Part shown: positions 19,501 to 31,161 of the stretch, piece after piece
Position numbering within the stretch: the stretch's first letter is position 1
How the letters are laid out: every line of letters starts with the position of its first letter
Assembly: GCA_051746205.1 (NCBI GenBank)
Contig: JBNJEU010000005.1
Span: 1,344-65,343, forward strand
Source of the DNA: Pseudomonadota bacterium
Lineage (GTDB): Bacteria; Pseudomonadota; Gammaproteobacteria; Thiohalospirales; Thiohalospiraceae
Length of the DNA stretch: 64,000 nt
Direction: 5' to 3'
The notes under the pieces: model-generated
Databases searched by the model: none
The model's input: only the letters and a program-made list of their open reading frames with translations
Told to the model about the DNA's origin: nothing
Program-made: the position numbers and the translations under genes

Positions 19501-20030
19501 TGGGTGCCCTGGAGACCCTGGAAGACGCCATTCGGAAGATCGACCGCGAGACGCGCACCCGTTTCAAGGAGACCTACGATCGAGTCAACGATGGTCTCAA
19601 GGGCTATTTCCCGCGGCTGTTCAAGGGGGGGCACGCCTATCTGGAACTCACCGGCGACGATCTGCTCGATTCCGGTGTCACGGTGATGGCGCGCCCCCCG
19701 GGCAAACAGAACTCCTCCATCCACCAGCTGTCCGGGGGAGAGAAGGCCCTGACCGCCGTGGCGCTGGTCTTCTCCTTCTTCCAGCTCAACCCGTCGCCGT
19801 TCTGCATGCTTGACGAGGTGGACGCACCCTTGGACGATGCCAATGTGGGACGTTTTTGTGAACTGGTTCGCGAAATGTCCGAACGGACCCAGTTCATTCT
19901 GATTACGCATAACAAGGTGACCATGGAGATGGCGGAACAACTCAACGGCATTACCATGAACGAACCGGGGGTTTCCCGGCTCGTCAGTGTGGATGTCGAC
20001 GAGGCCGCTTCCATGGCGAAGTCCGCCTGA
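16521..20030 (+). CDS. smc: Chromosome segregation protein SMC
   Basis: Walker A GPNGCGKS, long coiled coils, hinge, LSGGE and LDEVDAPLD. Confidence 0.97.
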   Translation: MRLSTIKLAGFKSFVDPTSIPMPSQLVGVVGPNGCGKSNVIDAVRWVMGESSARHLRGEAMADVIFNGSSSRKPVGQASVELVFDNSDGGAGGQYAHYNEIAVRRVVTRDGQSNYYLNGTRCRRRDITDIFLGTGLGPRSYAIIQQNTVSRLIEARPEEMRTFLEEAAGISKYKERRRETENRIRHTRENMERLEDLREELDRQLAHLQRQAKTAERYKELKARERELRGQLQVIRWRVLDDECAEHDRAVGEKETEMEAEVARQRHLEAELETRRGEQGEAADAFSEIQGRYYAVGSDIARLEEAIQHARERREQQERDLAQLDTAWEEAEAHLGQDRERLETTDAALAEGEPELEQLEAAEAEAREAVTEAEEALQTWQTEWEAVTADLAEPTRTADVARNTLHNLERNADEGLRRQERLEAEQRELDTTALDEELHTIATERAEAEAGLTDLQKALETAQGELESQREGNRAAARVLDEQRQQLQQSRGRHASLEALQQAALGKDNGAVSQWLERQGLGSARRLAEGLDVEAGWGPAVEAVLGDSLEAVCVDGLDPLARAVTDLTEGGVTLLDTGGSGRDAGPDGATLAGKVHAPWDVAPLLAGVRVADDLAAALALREQLTPGESVVTRDGLWLGPNWLRVRRDQDERGGVLEREEALREVAATMERLEEQLASGDEALEAGRHRESELEQERDRLQSASNEQHRRVSELRSRQQTRQSRLEQLRSRAEQIEQEIGERIAEREANAEEQEAVREQLNEALERSEVLAARRDALAERREPLQRAVEEARQRHREAGEAVNRQRLHLQGLRTERASIQQALERLEGQRQQFSERRDELQRALAEEDDPVEHRQAELDRLLTQRQEVEAAMVAARERSEAVDQAIRELSQQRTEAEQNATRLREEVERARMSAQELRVRRESLLEQIQEAGHDRDALLADLPEDADEARWQQSLQEVETAISRLGSINLAAIDEYEQQSERKVYLDQQREDLVGALETLEDAIRKIDRETRTRFKETYDRVNDGLKGYFPRLFKGGHAYLELTGDDLLDSGVTVMARPPGKQNSSIHQLSGGEKALTAVALVFSFFQLNPSPFCMLDEVDAPLDDANVGRFCELVREMSERTQFILITHNKVTMEMAEQLNGITMNEPGVSRLVSVDVDEAASMAKSA

Positions 20031-20049
20031 CCGAAGGCCGCGAATTCCG

Positions 20050-21096
20050 ATGGATACACTGCGCTGGACACTGTTGCTGCTGGGAGTGCTGGTGCTCGGG
20101 GGCATCTGGCTCTGGGGCCGCTGGCGTCGTCGTCACGGCGACGACCTGGACGATCTCCTCGACGATACCGACTGGATGGAGCAGGTCGCCCGACGCACCC
20201 GCAAGCAGCGCGGCGATCCGGAGCCCGACACGGAAGAGCTCCAGGACGCCTTCGAAGCGGCCCTGCATCGTGACGCGCCGCAGGAGCCCGGCCGCGGTCG
20301 CCGGCAATCGGGGGAAACCGACGACGCCGCCGTCGCCCGGGAGTCGGATGCGGAGCCGGAGGAGGAACCGGCCACCGACATCCCCGACCCGGCGCGGATC
20401 CGGACCGAGCCGCCCGCTTCACGGGACGTGGTCGCGGAACGGCAGGGCGCGGAGGATGCGTTCGCCCACCGTCCCGGGGCCTCCGGGGACGCTCCCGGGG
20501 AAGACGCGGTAGCGGGGCATGCGGAGGCCGATCGGGAGCCGGCCGGGTTCGAGGTCCCCCGAACGACCCACCCCCCCGGAACCGAGGCCGAGGCCGCACC
20601 CGAAGAACCAGCCTCTCGCCGGCCGGAGAAGGCCGAGGGCGTTGTCCGTCCACCGGGGGAGGAAGATCTCATCCTGGCTCTGTTCGTGATGGCGCCGGAG
20701 GGGTCGGTCTTCCCAGGGGACGCCCTCGGTGAACTGCTGCGCGATGCCGGTCTCCAGTTCGGCGACATGGACATCTACCACTGGTTCCAGCAAATGGAGG
20801 CGGGGCCGCCGGAGGCGGTCTTCAGCGTCGCCAGCATGGTGGAGCCGGGGACCCTGGAGCGCACTGGCGATCCCGACTTCCACACCCCCGGCCTCGCGCT
20901 CTTCCTGCGTCTGCCCGGGCCGGCCCCCGGCGGCGAGGCCTTCGAGGCGATGCTGGCCACCGGTCGCCGCCTGGCCGACGGCCTCGGCGGAGAACTCAAG
21001 GACGAGCGCCGCTCGACCCTGACGCAGCAGACCATCGGTCACATCCGCGATCGGGTGCGCGAGCACGCGCTGCGCCAGCACACCGGCCGCGGCTGA
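20050..21096 (+). CDS. zipA: Cell division protein ZipA
   Basis: Start MDTLRWTLLLLG (TM anchor), acidic/Pro-rich linker, C-terminal GLQFGDMDIYH...FSVASMVEPG domain; smc-zipA-ligA synteny. Confidence 0.9.
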   Translation: MDTLRWTLLLLGVLVLGGIWLWGRWRRRHGDDLDDLLDDTDWMEQVARRTRKQRGDPEPDTEELQDAFEAALHRDAPQEPGRGRRQSGETDDAAVARESDAEPEEEPATDIPDPARIRTEPPASRDVVAERQGAEDAFAHRPGASGDAPGEDAVAGHAEADREPAGFEVPRTTHPPGTEAEAAPEEPASRRPEKAEGVVRPPGEEDLILALFVMAPEGSVFPGDALGELLRDAGLQFGDMDIYHWFQQMEAGPPEAVFSVASMVEPGTLERTGDPDFHTPGLALFLRLPGPAPGGEAFEAMLATGRRLADGLGGELKDERRSTLTQQTIGHIRDRVREHALRQHTGRG

Positions 21097-23704
<2,608 letters not shown>

Positions 23705-23708
<4 letters not shown>

Positions 23709-23992
23709 GTTGGCCGTCGGCCGTACTGGCCGGTCTGGCTCTGATGCTGGTTCTGGGCTCGGTACTGCTGGGGTTGATTCCGGTGGTGCGGGGCAGCGAA
23801 CCGGCCCAGCGGATGCTGGCCGCACAGTTGCTGGGCACTGGCGGCGTCGGAGTGCTGATTGCCCTGGCGGTGCTGATGAATGCCCCGGGACTTGTGGACG
23901 TGGCACTGGTCTTTGCCGGACTGGCGGCGGTGGCTGTGGTCGCCTTCGTCCAGCGGATCTGGCAGGGACAGCGGGGACAGACCGATGACTGA
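23705..23992 (+). CDS. mnhF: Mrp/Mnh antiporter subunit F
   Basis: Three TM helices, RMLAAQLLGT and VDVALVF motifs. Confidence 0.85.
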
Positions 23993-24326
23993 GGGACTGC
24001 CCGAGGCCATGCTCGGCCTCGGGCCGGTGGAGTGGCGCGAGATGCTGGCTGGATTGTTGATGGTTGCCGGCGGTGTCTTTTTCGTCGGTGGTACCCTTGG
24101 ATTGCTGCGTTTCCCCGATATCTACTGCCGCCTCCATGCCCTGACCAAGGCGGACAATACGGGGCTCGGACTGCTTGCCCTGGGCGTGGCCCTCTACTTT
24201 GCCGATCCCTGGCTGGCCATGCGGCTGGTGCTGGTCTGGTTGCTGGTGATGGTGGCCGGGTCGGTAGCCTGCCACCTGCTGGCGCGGGAGGCATGGCGTG
24301 AGGGGCGCGAGCCGTGGCGGCGCTGA
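23985..24326 (+). CDS. mnhG: Mrp/Mnh antiporter subunit G
   Basis: GLLRFPDIYCRLHALTKAD motif. Confidence 0.9.
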   Translation: MTEGLPEAMLGLGPVEWREMLAGLLMVAGGVFFVGGTLGLLRFPDIYCRLHALTKADNTGLGLLALGVALYFADPWLAMRLVLVWLLVMVAGSVACHLLAREAWREGREPWRR

Positions 24327-25234
24327 CCCTCTTTGACCTGGTGCTGGTGGCGGGTATCGCCCTGGTGGCCTGGGTCACTCTGATCGATTGCCGACGCTTC
24401 CGGGTCGTTGTGCTCTATGTGGTCTTCGGCCTGCTGCTGGCCATCGCCTGGGCGCGGCTGGGAGCGGTGGATCTGGCGCTGGCGGAGGCAGCCATCGGTG
24501 CCGGCATCACGGGTGCATTGTTCATGGCGGCCCTGGCGCGGGTACGACGTGCCGGCGGGACGCAGGCAGTGGCGCCGACGGGGTCTCTGCTCTGGGCTGC
24601 CGGCGTTGCGTTGCTCGCCGCCGGAGCCGTGGTCTGGGTCCTTGCCGACTGGCCGGTTCCGGCGTGGCCGCCGGTGGCGAAGCACCTTGACAACAGCGGT
24701 GTCGACCACTCGGTGACCGCCGTTCTGCTTGCCTTCCGCGCCTGGGATACTCTGCTGGAGATCGCCGTGCTGGTGGCCGCCGGCTTCGCCATTCATGCTT
24801 CCGGACCGGCACCGGCGCCACCAGGCCATGAAAGCGGCGCCTTGCAGCTGGCCCTGTTGCGGATCGTGAATCCCTTTCTGGTGGTGCTGGCCGTCTATCT
24901 GCTGTGGAAGGGCGGGCACGCCCCGGGGGGCGCCTTCCAGGCCGGGGCGATGCTGGCCGCCGCCGGAATCTTTCACCACCTCAGCCACTTCCCCGCGCCA
25001 CTCGACCGGCCGTCTCCGTGGCAGCGACCCGCTGCGGTCGTCGCCCTGCTGCTGTTCGCGTTCGCCGGTGCGGCGACCCTGGGCACGGTCCCGCTGGCGT
25101 GGCCCGAGGGCTGGGCCAAAGTGTGGATCCTCACCATCGAGGCGGCGGCCACCCTGTCCATCGGTCTGCTGCTGACCCAGCTGTTTGTCGGAGGACGTCC
25201 CCGTTCGCCCGGGGACAATGAGGAGAAAACATGA
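24314..25234 (+). CDS. mnhB: DUF4040 + MnhB fusion subunit
   Basis: AVDLALAEAAIGAG (DUF4040), VTAVLLAFRAWDTLLE and HAPGGAFQAG (MnhB). Confidence 0.85.
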   Translation: MAALTLFDLVLVAGIALVAWVTLIDCRRFRVVVLYVVFGLLLAIAWARLGAVDLALAEAAIGAGITGALFMAALARVRRAGGTQAVAPTGSLLWAAGVALLAAGAVVWVLADWPVPAWPPVAKHLDNSGVDHSVTAVLLAFRAWDTLLEIAVLVAAGFAIHASGPAPAPPGHESGALQLALLRIVNPFLVVLAVYLLWKGGHAPGGAFQAGAMLAAAGIFHHLSHFPAPLDRPSPWQRPAAVVALLLFAFAGAATLGTVPLAWPEGWAKVWILTIEAAATLSIGLLLTQLFVGGRPRSPGDNEEKT

Positions 25235-25518
25235 CGGGGCTGATCTACGCCGGTCTGGGGGTCTTTCTCTTCGTGTTTGGGCTGCTGGCTGCGTTCCAGC
25301 ACCGCGATACCATGGTGCGCCTGGTGGCCCTGAACATCGCCGGAGCCGGGATCTTTCTGTTCCTGGTCGGTTCCGCTGGGCGCGATGGGGACCCGGAACC
25401 GGTCTCCCATGCCCTGGTCATTACCGGGATTGTGGTGGCGGTCTCGTTGACCGGTGTGGCCCTCGGTCTGCTGGCGCGGCTGGTGGAAGCGGGTGGTCAC
25501 GACGGGGAGGGACTGTGA
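25231..25518 (+). CDS. mnhC: Mrp/Mnh antiporter subunit C
   Basis: RLVALNI...FL and PVSHALVITGIVV motifs. Confidence 0.88.
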   Translation: MTGLIYAGLGVFLFVFGLLAAFQHRDTMVRLVALNIAGAGIFLFLVGSAGRDGDPEPVSHALVITGIVVAVSLTGVALGLLARLVEAGGHDGEGL

Positions 25519-26981
25519 CACTGGTGGCCTGGCCCTTGCTGGCGGCGTTTGCCATGGCGCTTTTGCCGCTGCTGGTGGCGCCGCTGGTCTGGATCTGGCC
25601 GACCATCGCCCGGGTCGCTGGACTGGCCACCAGCGGGATCATGGTGGTGCTGGGAATGGCCGTGGCGGCCGGGATCGAGGGGCATGGCGAACTGGCGCTG
25701 ACCCTGGGTGGTTGGCCCGGGGCGCTGGGGATCGGATTACGTCTGGACGGCATGGCCGCGGCCTTCCTGCTGCTCGGTGCGGTCGTGGGACTGGGGGCCG
25801 GGGTGCATGCAGCCGGCTACTTTGGCCGCGGCGAGATGTTCTGGCCCCTGTGGCTTCTGCTCTGGGCGGCGCTGAATGCACTGTTTCTCAGTGCCGACGC
25901 CTTCAACGCCTATGTGACCCTGGAGCTTCTGAGTCTGGTGGCGGTGGCGCTGGTGGCGCTCCAGGGCGGACGCGAGGCCCTGAGGGCGGCGCTGCGCTAC
26001 CTGTTGATGGCGCTGGCGGCGGCCCTCGTCTATCTGGCCGGGGTGGCCATCCTCTACGCTCGCGACGGCACGCTGTCCCTCGGGGCGCTGGGACCGCTGG
26101 CCGGGGACCCTCTGGCGGCGGTGGCGGCCGGGCTGATCCTGGCCGGTCTGGCGGTGAAGGCGGCGATCTTTCCGCTGCATGCCTGGCTGCCGCCGGCCCA
26201 CGCGCGGGCTCCGGGGCCGGTCAGTGCACTGCTTTCGGCGCTGGTGGTGAAGGGGGCCATCTATCTGCTCTGGCGCTGGCAGGTGGAGGTCTTCGGAGCG
26301 CCGCCGGGGCCGGGCCTGATCCTGGGGGCTCTGGGTGTCGGCGCAGTGCTGTGGGGAGGCTGGCGGGCGTTGACGGTGCCGCGTCTGAAGGCCATCGTCG
26401 CCTATTCGACCGTGGCGCAGATGGGCTATCTACTCGTGGCGCTGGCGTTGGTCTCCGGGGCGCAGGCGGTCGGTGGCGCACGGGGGGGCGAGTCCGCGGA
26501 GCTGGCGCGCACCGGTTTCCTCTATCTCGTCCTGAGCCACGGACTGGCAAAGGGGGCCGCGTTTTTGGCCGCGGCCAATGTGCTTTACGCCGCCGGGCAC
26601 GACCGCTGGCCATCGGCGGCGGGGGTTCTGCGCGGGCGGCCGTTGACGCTGCTGGCCTTTGGACTGGCGGCGGTGAGTCTGGCCGGTCTGCCGCCGTCCG
26701 GCGGTTTCCTGGCCAAGTGGTATCTGCTGATGGCGGCGATCGGGAGCAATCAGTGGTGGGCCGCGATCATTCTGCTGTTCGGCGGGCTGCTGGCGGCGGC
26801 CTATCTCTACCGAATCATCCACCCCGGTCTCGATCCGCGTGATCCGCGTGGAGAAGTGCGGGCTCCTTCCGCCTCCATGGAATGGGCGGCCCTGGGGCTG
26901 GCCCTGTTGAGCCTGCTCATCGGCTTATGGGTCCCCTGGGGGGATGCCCTGCTGATGCCGCGGAAGGAGGAAACGGCATGA
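25515..26981 (+). CDS. MrpD/NuoN-like antiporter subunit 1
   Basis: GTG start overlapping mnhC. GGWPGALGI, YVTLELLS (TM5 Glu), KAAIFPLHAWLP and LAGLPPSGGFLAK. Confidence 0.85.
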   Translation: MTLVAWPLLAAFAMALLPLLVAPLVWIWPTIARVAGLATSGIMVVLGMAVAAGIEGHGELALTLGGWPGALGIGLRLDGMAAAFLLLGAVVGLGAGVHAAGYFGRGEMFWPLWLLLWAALNALFLSADAFNAYVTLELLSLVAVALVALQGGREALRAALRYLLMALAAALVYLAGVAILYARDGTLSLGALGPLAGDPLAAVAAGLILAGLAVKAAIFPLHAWLPPAHARAPGPVSALLSALVVKGAIYLLWRWQVEVFGAPPGPGLILGALGVGAVLWGGWRALTVPRLKAIVAYSTVAQMGYLLVALALVSGAQAVGGARGGESAELARTGFLYLVLSHGLAKGAAFLAAANVLYAAGHDRWPSAAGVLRGRPLTLLAFGLAAVSLAGLPPSGGFLAKWYLLMAAIGSNQWWAAIILLFGGLLAAAYLYRIIHPGLDPRDPRGEVRAPSASMEWAALGLALLSLLIGLWVPWGDALLMPRKEETA

Positions 26982-28486
26982 GCCTCGACTGGATACCCTG
27001 GGCGCTGATCCTGATCCCGCTGGGGGCTGGATTGCTGATCTTCGCCTGTCCCGAAGCGGACCGCCGTACGCGTACCGAGCTCAACCTTGCCGCCGCCCTG
27101 TTGAAACTCTTCCTTGTGGGCGTGATGCTCTGGGGAGTGGCCAGCGGCGTGGTCTTCGAGGCGCGTCTGCCATGGTTGCCGGGGCGGGAACTGGTCCTGC
27201 GCGCCGATCCGATGGCCCTGCTCTTTCTCAGCCTCTCCTCGGTCCTGTGGTTGCTCACCAGTCTCTACGCCATCGGTTATCTGGAAGGCTCGGAGCATCG
27301 CAGCCGCTTCTTCGGCTTCTTCAGCCTCTGCGTGGCGGCCACCGCCGGGATCGCCATGGCCGGCAATCTACTGACTTTCTTCTTTTTCTACGAGTTGCTC
27401 ACCTTGACCACCTATCCACTGGTCGTCCATCGCGGCTCAGCGGTGGCGCGTCGGGCGGGAGTGGTCTATCTGCGCTACACCCTGGGGGGCGGCGTGGCGC
27501 TGTTGCTCGGTATCGTGTGGCTCGAGAGCGGAGTGGGGCCGGTGGATTTCGGCGGCGAGGCGGCGGCCCTGGCCGGTCTCGATCCCGAGCTCTATCCGCT
27601 GGCGGTCGGGGCCTTTGTATTCCTCTTGGCGGGAGTCGGCGTGAAAGCGGCTTTCGTGCCACTGCACGGCTGGCTGCCGAGGGCGATGGTGGCACCGGCA
27701 CCGGTCAGTGCACTGCTCCACGCCGTTGCGGTGGTCAAGGCCGGCGCCTTCGGGGTGGTTCGGCTGCTCTACGATGTCTACGGGCTGGCGCTGGCACAGG
27801 CGCTGCAGCTGACCACACTGGTGCTGGTGGTCGCGTCGGTGACCATCCTCTGGGGCTCCCTGCGGGCCCTGACCCAGGACGAACTCAAAAAGCGCCTGGC
27901 CTGGTCGACGGTGAGCCAGGTTTCCTACATCGCTCTGGGGGTGGCGGTGGTCGGACCGCTGGCGACAGTGGGTGGGATCGTCCATATCATCCACCAGGGG
28001 TTGATGAAGATCACGCTTTTCTTCGGTGCCGGGAATCTCGCCGAGACCCTGGGTGTCCAGCGGATCAGCCAGATGGACGGGGTCGGACGGCGACTGCCGT
28101 TGACCATGGCGGCCTTTACCCTGGGGGCGCTGGGGATGATCGGTATCCCGCCGCTGGCGGGATTCGTCAGCAAGTGGTATCTCGGACTTGGCGCGCTGGA
28201 AACGGGGGGGCTCTGGATCGTGGGTCTGCTGGCCCTGAGCAGTCTGCTCAACGGGGCCTATTTCCTGCCCATCCTCTACCGCGCCTGGTTCCTGCCGCCG
28301 CGTCCGGAGCTCTGGCACGATCGGGGGTGCCAAGGGCGGTTCGAAACAAACTGGTTACTGTTGTTGCCGCCGGTGGCAACGGCGGCTCTGGCACTGGGAG
28401 CCGGTCTTCTGGCGGGTTCCGAGCTGAGTCCGTTGAGCTGGGCAGAGCGGGTGGCTGAACGGATCTACGCAGTGGACGAGAGGTGA
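26978..28486 (+). CDS. MrpD/NuoL-like antiporter subunit 2
   Basis: FFYELLT (TM5 Glu), KAAFVPLHGWLP, ALLHAVAVVKAG, KKRLAWSTVSQ and HQGLMK. Confidence 0.85.
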   Translation: MSLDWIPWALILIPLGAGLLIFACPEADRRTRTELNLAAALLKLFLVGVMLWGVASGVVFEARLPWLPGRELVLRADPMALLFLSLSSVLWLLTSLYAIGYLEGSEHRSRFFGFFSLCVAATAGIAMAGNLLTFFFFYELLTLTTYPLVVHRGSAVARRAGVVYLRYTLGGGVALLLGIVWLESGVGPVDFGGEAAALAGLDPELYPLAVGAFVFLLAGVGVKAAFVPLHGWLPRAMVAPAPVSALLHAVAVVKAGAFGVVRLLYDVYGLALAQALQLTTLVLVVASVTILWGSLRALTQDELKKRLAWSTVSQVSYIALGVAVVGPLATVGGIVHIIHQGLMKITLFFGAGNLAETLGVQRISQMDGVGRRLPLTMAAFTLGALGMIGIPPLAGFVSKWYLGLGALETGGLWIVGLLALSSLLNGAYFLPILYRAWFLPPRPELWHDRGCQGRFETNWLLLLPPVATAALALGAGLLAGSELSPLSWAERVAERIYAVDER

Positions 28487-30141
28487 CCATGGCGCTGGTG
28501 TTCTGGCTCATTCCGGGCCTGCCGTTGCTCTGGGCGCTTGGCTTCATCTGGCCCGCCGCCCGGCCGTGGCTGCGCCGTGGTGCGCTGTTGCCGGTGCTGC
28601 CCGCGCTACTGGCGCCGATGGTCTTCCCGGAAGGGGGCTCGGCGCACTCGGCGGCGCTGCTGTTCGGAGTGGATTGGCGGCTCAGCGGTGATCGTTCGGT
28701 GCTGCTCGGCGTCACGGCCCTGGTCTGGCTCACCGCCGCCTGGTTCGCGCGCGGGTATATGGCGAGGGACCCGCGGCGCCACCGGTTCGAATTCTTCTTC
28801 CATCTGACCATGGCGGGCAATCTGGGCCTGCCGGTGGCCGGTGACCCGGTCAGCTTCTATACCCTCTTCGCCCTGATGAGCCTGGCCAGCTACGGCCTGA
28901 TCATCCACAACGATACGACCGAGGCCCTGCGGGCGGGCAGGGTCTACATCATCCTTGCGCTGGTCGGGGAAGTGGCCCTGTTCGTCGGGCTGGTGGGCCG
29001 AGTGGCCGAGGTGGATGCCCTCTGGCCATGGCTCTGGCTGGGGCTGGCCATCAAGGCTGGTGTGGTGCCGCTGCATGTCTGGTTGCCACTGGCCCATCCG
29101 GCAGCGCCGGTACCGGCCAGCGCGGTGCTCAGCGGGGCGATGATCAAAGCGGGGGTGCTGGGCTGGCTGCTCTTCCCGCCACCGGCGGAGATGGCCGGTT
29201 TCTGGGGGATGGTGATGGTGGTGCTCGGGGTCTTCGGTGCCTTCTATGCCGCTGTCCTCGGGGTGATGCAGAGCCGTGCCAAGGAGGTTCTGGCCTATTC
29301 GTCGGTGAGCCAGATGGGGGTGATCACGGCAGCGGTAGGCGCGGCCTGGGTCCATCCCGTGGCCGCGTCGGCCCTGCTGGCGGCGGTCGTGGTCTATGTG
29401 GTCCACCATGCACTGGCCAAGGGGGCGCTCTTTCTGCTCGTGGGTTGGCTTGAACGCGGCGGCCGGGTGCTGATCTGGCTGATACTCGTTCTCACCGCCC
29501 TGGTCATGGCCGGACTGCCGGTGACCAGTGGCGCAGCGGCCAAGCAGGTACTCAAGGAGGCCCTGGTGGTACTCCCCGCCGATGCAGGATGGGTCGGTGG
29601 ACTGCTGGCGTTGAGTGGTCTCGTCACAACGGTGTTGATGGGGCGGTTGCTGGTGGTCGCACGGGAGATGGTGCGCCCCATCGGGACCGAACAACACCGT
29701 CCCGAACTCCCTCTGGGCGCTGGTCTGGCGGTGCTGCTGATGGTGCTGGCGCCGCTCGTCTGGCCGCCGCTGGGGGCCGGTGCTGTGCCGACAGTGGGCA
29801 AGGGGCTTGTGGATGCGCTCTGGCCGCTACTGGGTGGCGTGGCGGTTGCCGGGTTCCTCGCTCGTCGGTGGGGAGCCGGGCCGTGGGGGAAGGCCGTGCC
29901 GACGGGGGATTGGATCCATCTGTTGCGGCGCTGTCCCGTGGTACTCCCGTTGAAGGCGGGGTTGACCTGGCTGACAGCGGGCCGGGTGCCCACCGGTTCC
30001 CGACTCCTTTTCCACGAGTGGGTCGTTGGCCGGTTGGCACGGCGAAGCCTGGCCCTGGAGACCGGGCTCATGCGGTTGCTGAGCGCGGGGATCGCGATGG
30101 CGGTTCTGGCCGGAATGGTGGCCGTGGCTTTGCTGTTGTGA
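28483..30141 (+). CDS. MrpD/HyfB-like antiporter subunit 3 lacking the TM5 Glu
   Basis: KAGVVPLHVWLPLAHP, LAYSSVSQMG and HHALAKG present; TM5 reads TLFALMS. Confidence 0.8.
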   Translation: MTMALVFWLIPGLPLLWALGFIWPAARPWLRRGALLPVLPALLAPMVFPEGGSAHSAALLFGVDWRLSGDRSVLLGVTALVWLTAAWFARGYMARDPRRHRFEFFFHLTMAGNLGLPVAGDPVSFYTLFALMSLASYGLIIHNDTTEALRAGRVYIILALVGEVALFVGLVGRVAEVDALWPWLWLGLAIKAGVVPLHVWLPLAHPAAPVPASAVLSGAMIKAGVLGWLLFPPPAEMAGFWGMVMVVLGVFGAFYAAVLGVMQSRAKEVLAYSSVSQMGVITAAVGAAWVHPVAASALLAAVVVYVVHHALAKGALFLLVGWLERGGRVLIWLILVLTALVMAGLPVTSGAAAKQVLKEALVVLPADAGWVGGLLALSGLVTTVLMGRLLVVAREMVRPIGTEQHRPELPLGAGLAVLLMVLAPLVWPPLGAGAVPTVGKGLVDALWPLLGGVAVAGFLARRWGAGPWGKAVPTGDWIHLLRRCPVVLPLKAGLTWLTAGRVPTGSRLLFHEWVVGRLARRSLALETGLMRLLSAGIAMAVLAGMVAVALLL

Positions 30142-30253
30142 CAGCGTTCCCGTCCGGCGGTTGTCCGTTGCCTCTCAGAGGCCTCGGGAATCGATATAAT
30201 GACTCCCCTTCGGGAGGGGTCGGTTCACGCATTGATAGTCAGAGGCAATCATC

Positions 30254-31132
30254 ATGACAGAGAAGAAGAAGATGGATACCCGCGAGCTGGGTCTGGTCCT
30301 CGGCAAGGCGCTGTTCGATGTCGATGACCTGCATTACGGGCTGTGGGGCGACGATCTGGACCTGAACATGACCAACCTCCCCGTCGCCCAGCAGCGCTAC
30401 AGCGACAAGTTGCTGGACGCCCTGCCGGCGGTGGGCGAGGAGCCGGTGCGGGTGCTGGACATCGGCTGCGGCACCGGCCATCTGCTCAAGCAGATGCTCG
30501 AGCGCGGTTACGCGGCGGACGGGCTGATCCCGTGTCCCTATCTGGCCGCCGACGTGCGTCAGCGGCTGGTGGACATCCCCGATCACGGGGCCACGGTCTT
30601 CGACATGGGCTTCGAGTCCTTCCCCGCCGAAGCGTACCGGCACTATTACGATGTGGCCGTGTTCAGCGAGAGCTTCCAGTACATCGACATGGAGGCGGCG
30701 TTCGAGCAGCTGTGGGCCATCCTCAAGCCGGGCGGACAAGTGATCCTGTGCGACTTCTTCAAGACCGCCGCCCACGGCGATGGCGGGGTCGGCAGCAAGA
30801 GCTTCGGCGGCGGCCACAAGCTGGCGAAGTTCTACGAGCAACTGGAGGATGGCCCGTTCACGATCCGGGTGGACGAGGACATTACCGAGCCGGTGAGCCG
30901 TAACATCGCCCTGCTGGACGACATCCTGCGCAACCGGATCAAGCCGTCCACTGATGCCGTGCGGCAGTTCCTGCGTGAGAACTACCCCCTGACCAGCAAG
31001 GTGGTCGGCTTCCTGTTTCGCAAGCGCTGGCCCCGGATCGAGTACAAGTATCTCAGTGGCCATCGCAGCGCCGATGTCTTCAGGCGCTACAAGAGCTATC
31101 GTTTCCTGATCCTCGAAAAGTCCGCCGCCTGA
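30254..31132 (+). CDS. Class I SAM-dependent methyltransferase, substrate unknown
   Basis: LHYGLW, VLDIGCGTG, FSESFQY and LKPGG motifs; a perfect TATAAT lies upstream at 30195-30200. Confidence 0.85.
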   Translation: MTEKKKMDTRELGLVLGKALFDVDDLHYGLWGDDLDLNMTNLPVAQQRYSDKLLDALPAVGEEPVRVLDIGCGTGHLLKQMLERGYAADGLIPCPYLAADVRQRLVDIPDHGATVFDMGFESFPAEAYRHYYDVAVFSESFQYIDMEAAFEQLWAILKPGGQVILCDFFKTAAHGDGGVGSKSFGGGHKLAKFYEQLEDGPFTIRVDEDITEPVSRNIALLDDILRNRIKPSTDAVRQFLRENYPLTSKVVGFLFRKRWPRIEYKYLSGHRSADVFRRYKSYRFLILEKSAA

Positions 31133-31161
31133 TGGGGGGGCGGCGGCGAAGGAGTTCGGCG

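Noticed and set aside
30178-30250. C(TTCG)G hairpin and TTGCCTCT/AGAGGCAA inverted repeat upstream of the methyltransferase as a SAM/SAH riboswitch
   Set aside because: No match to SAM-I/II or SAH consensus blocks that I can recognise, and the leader is short.
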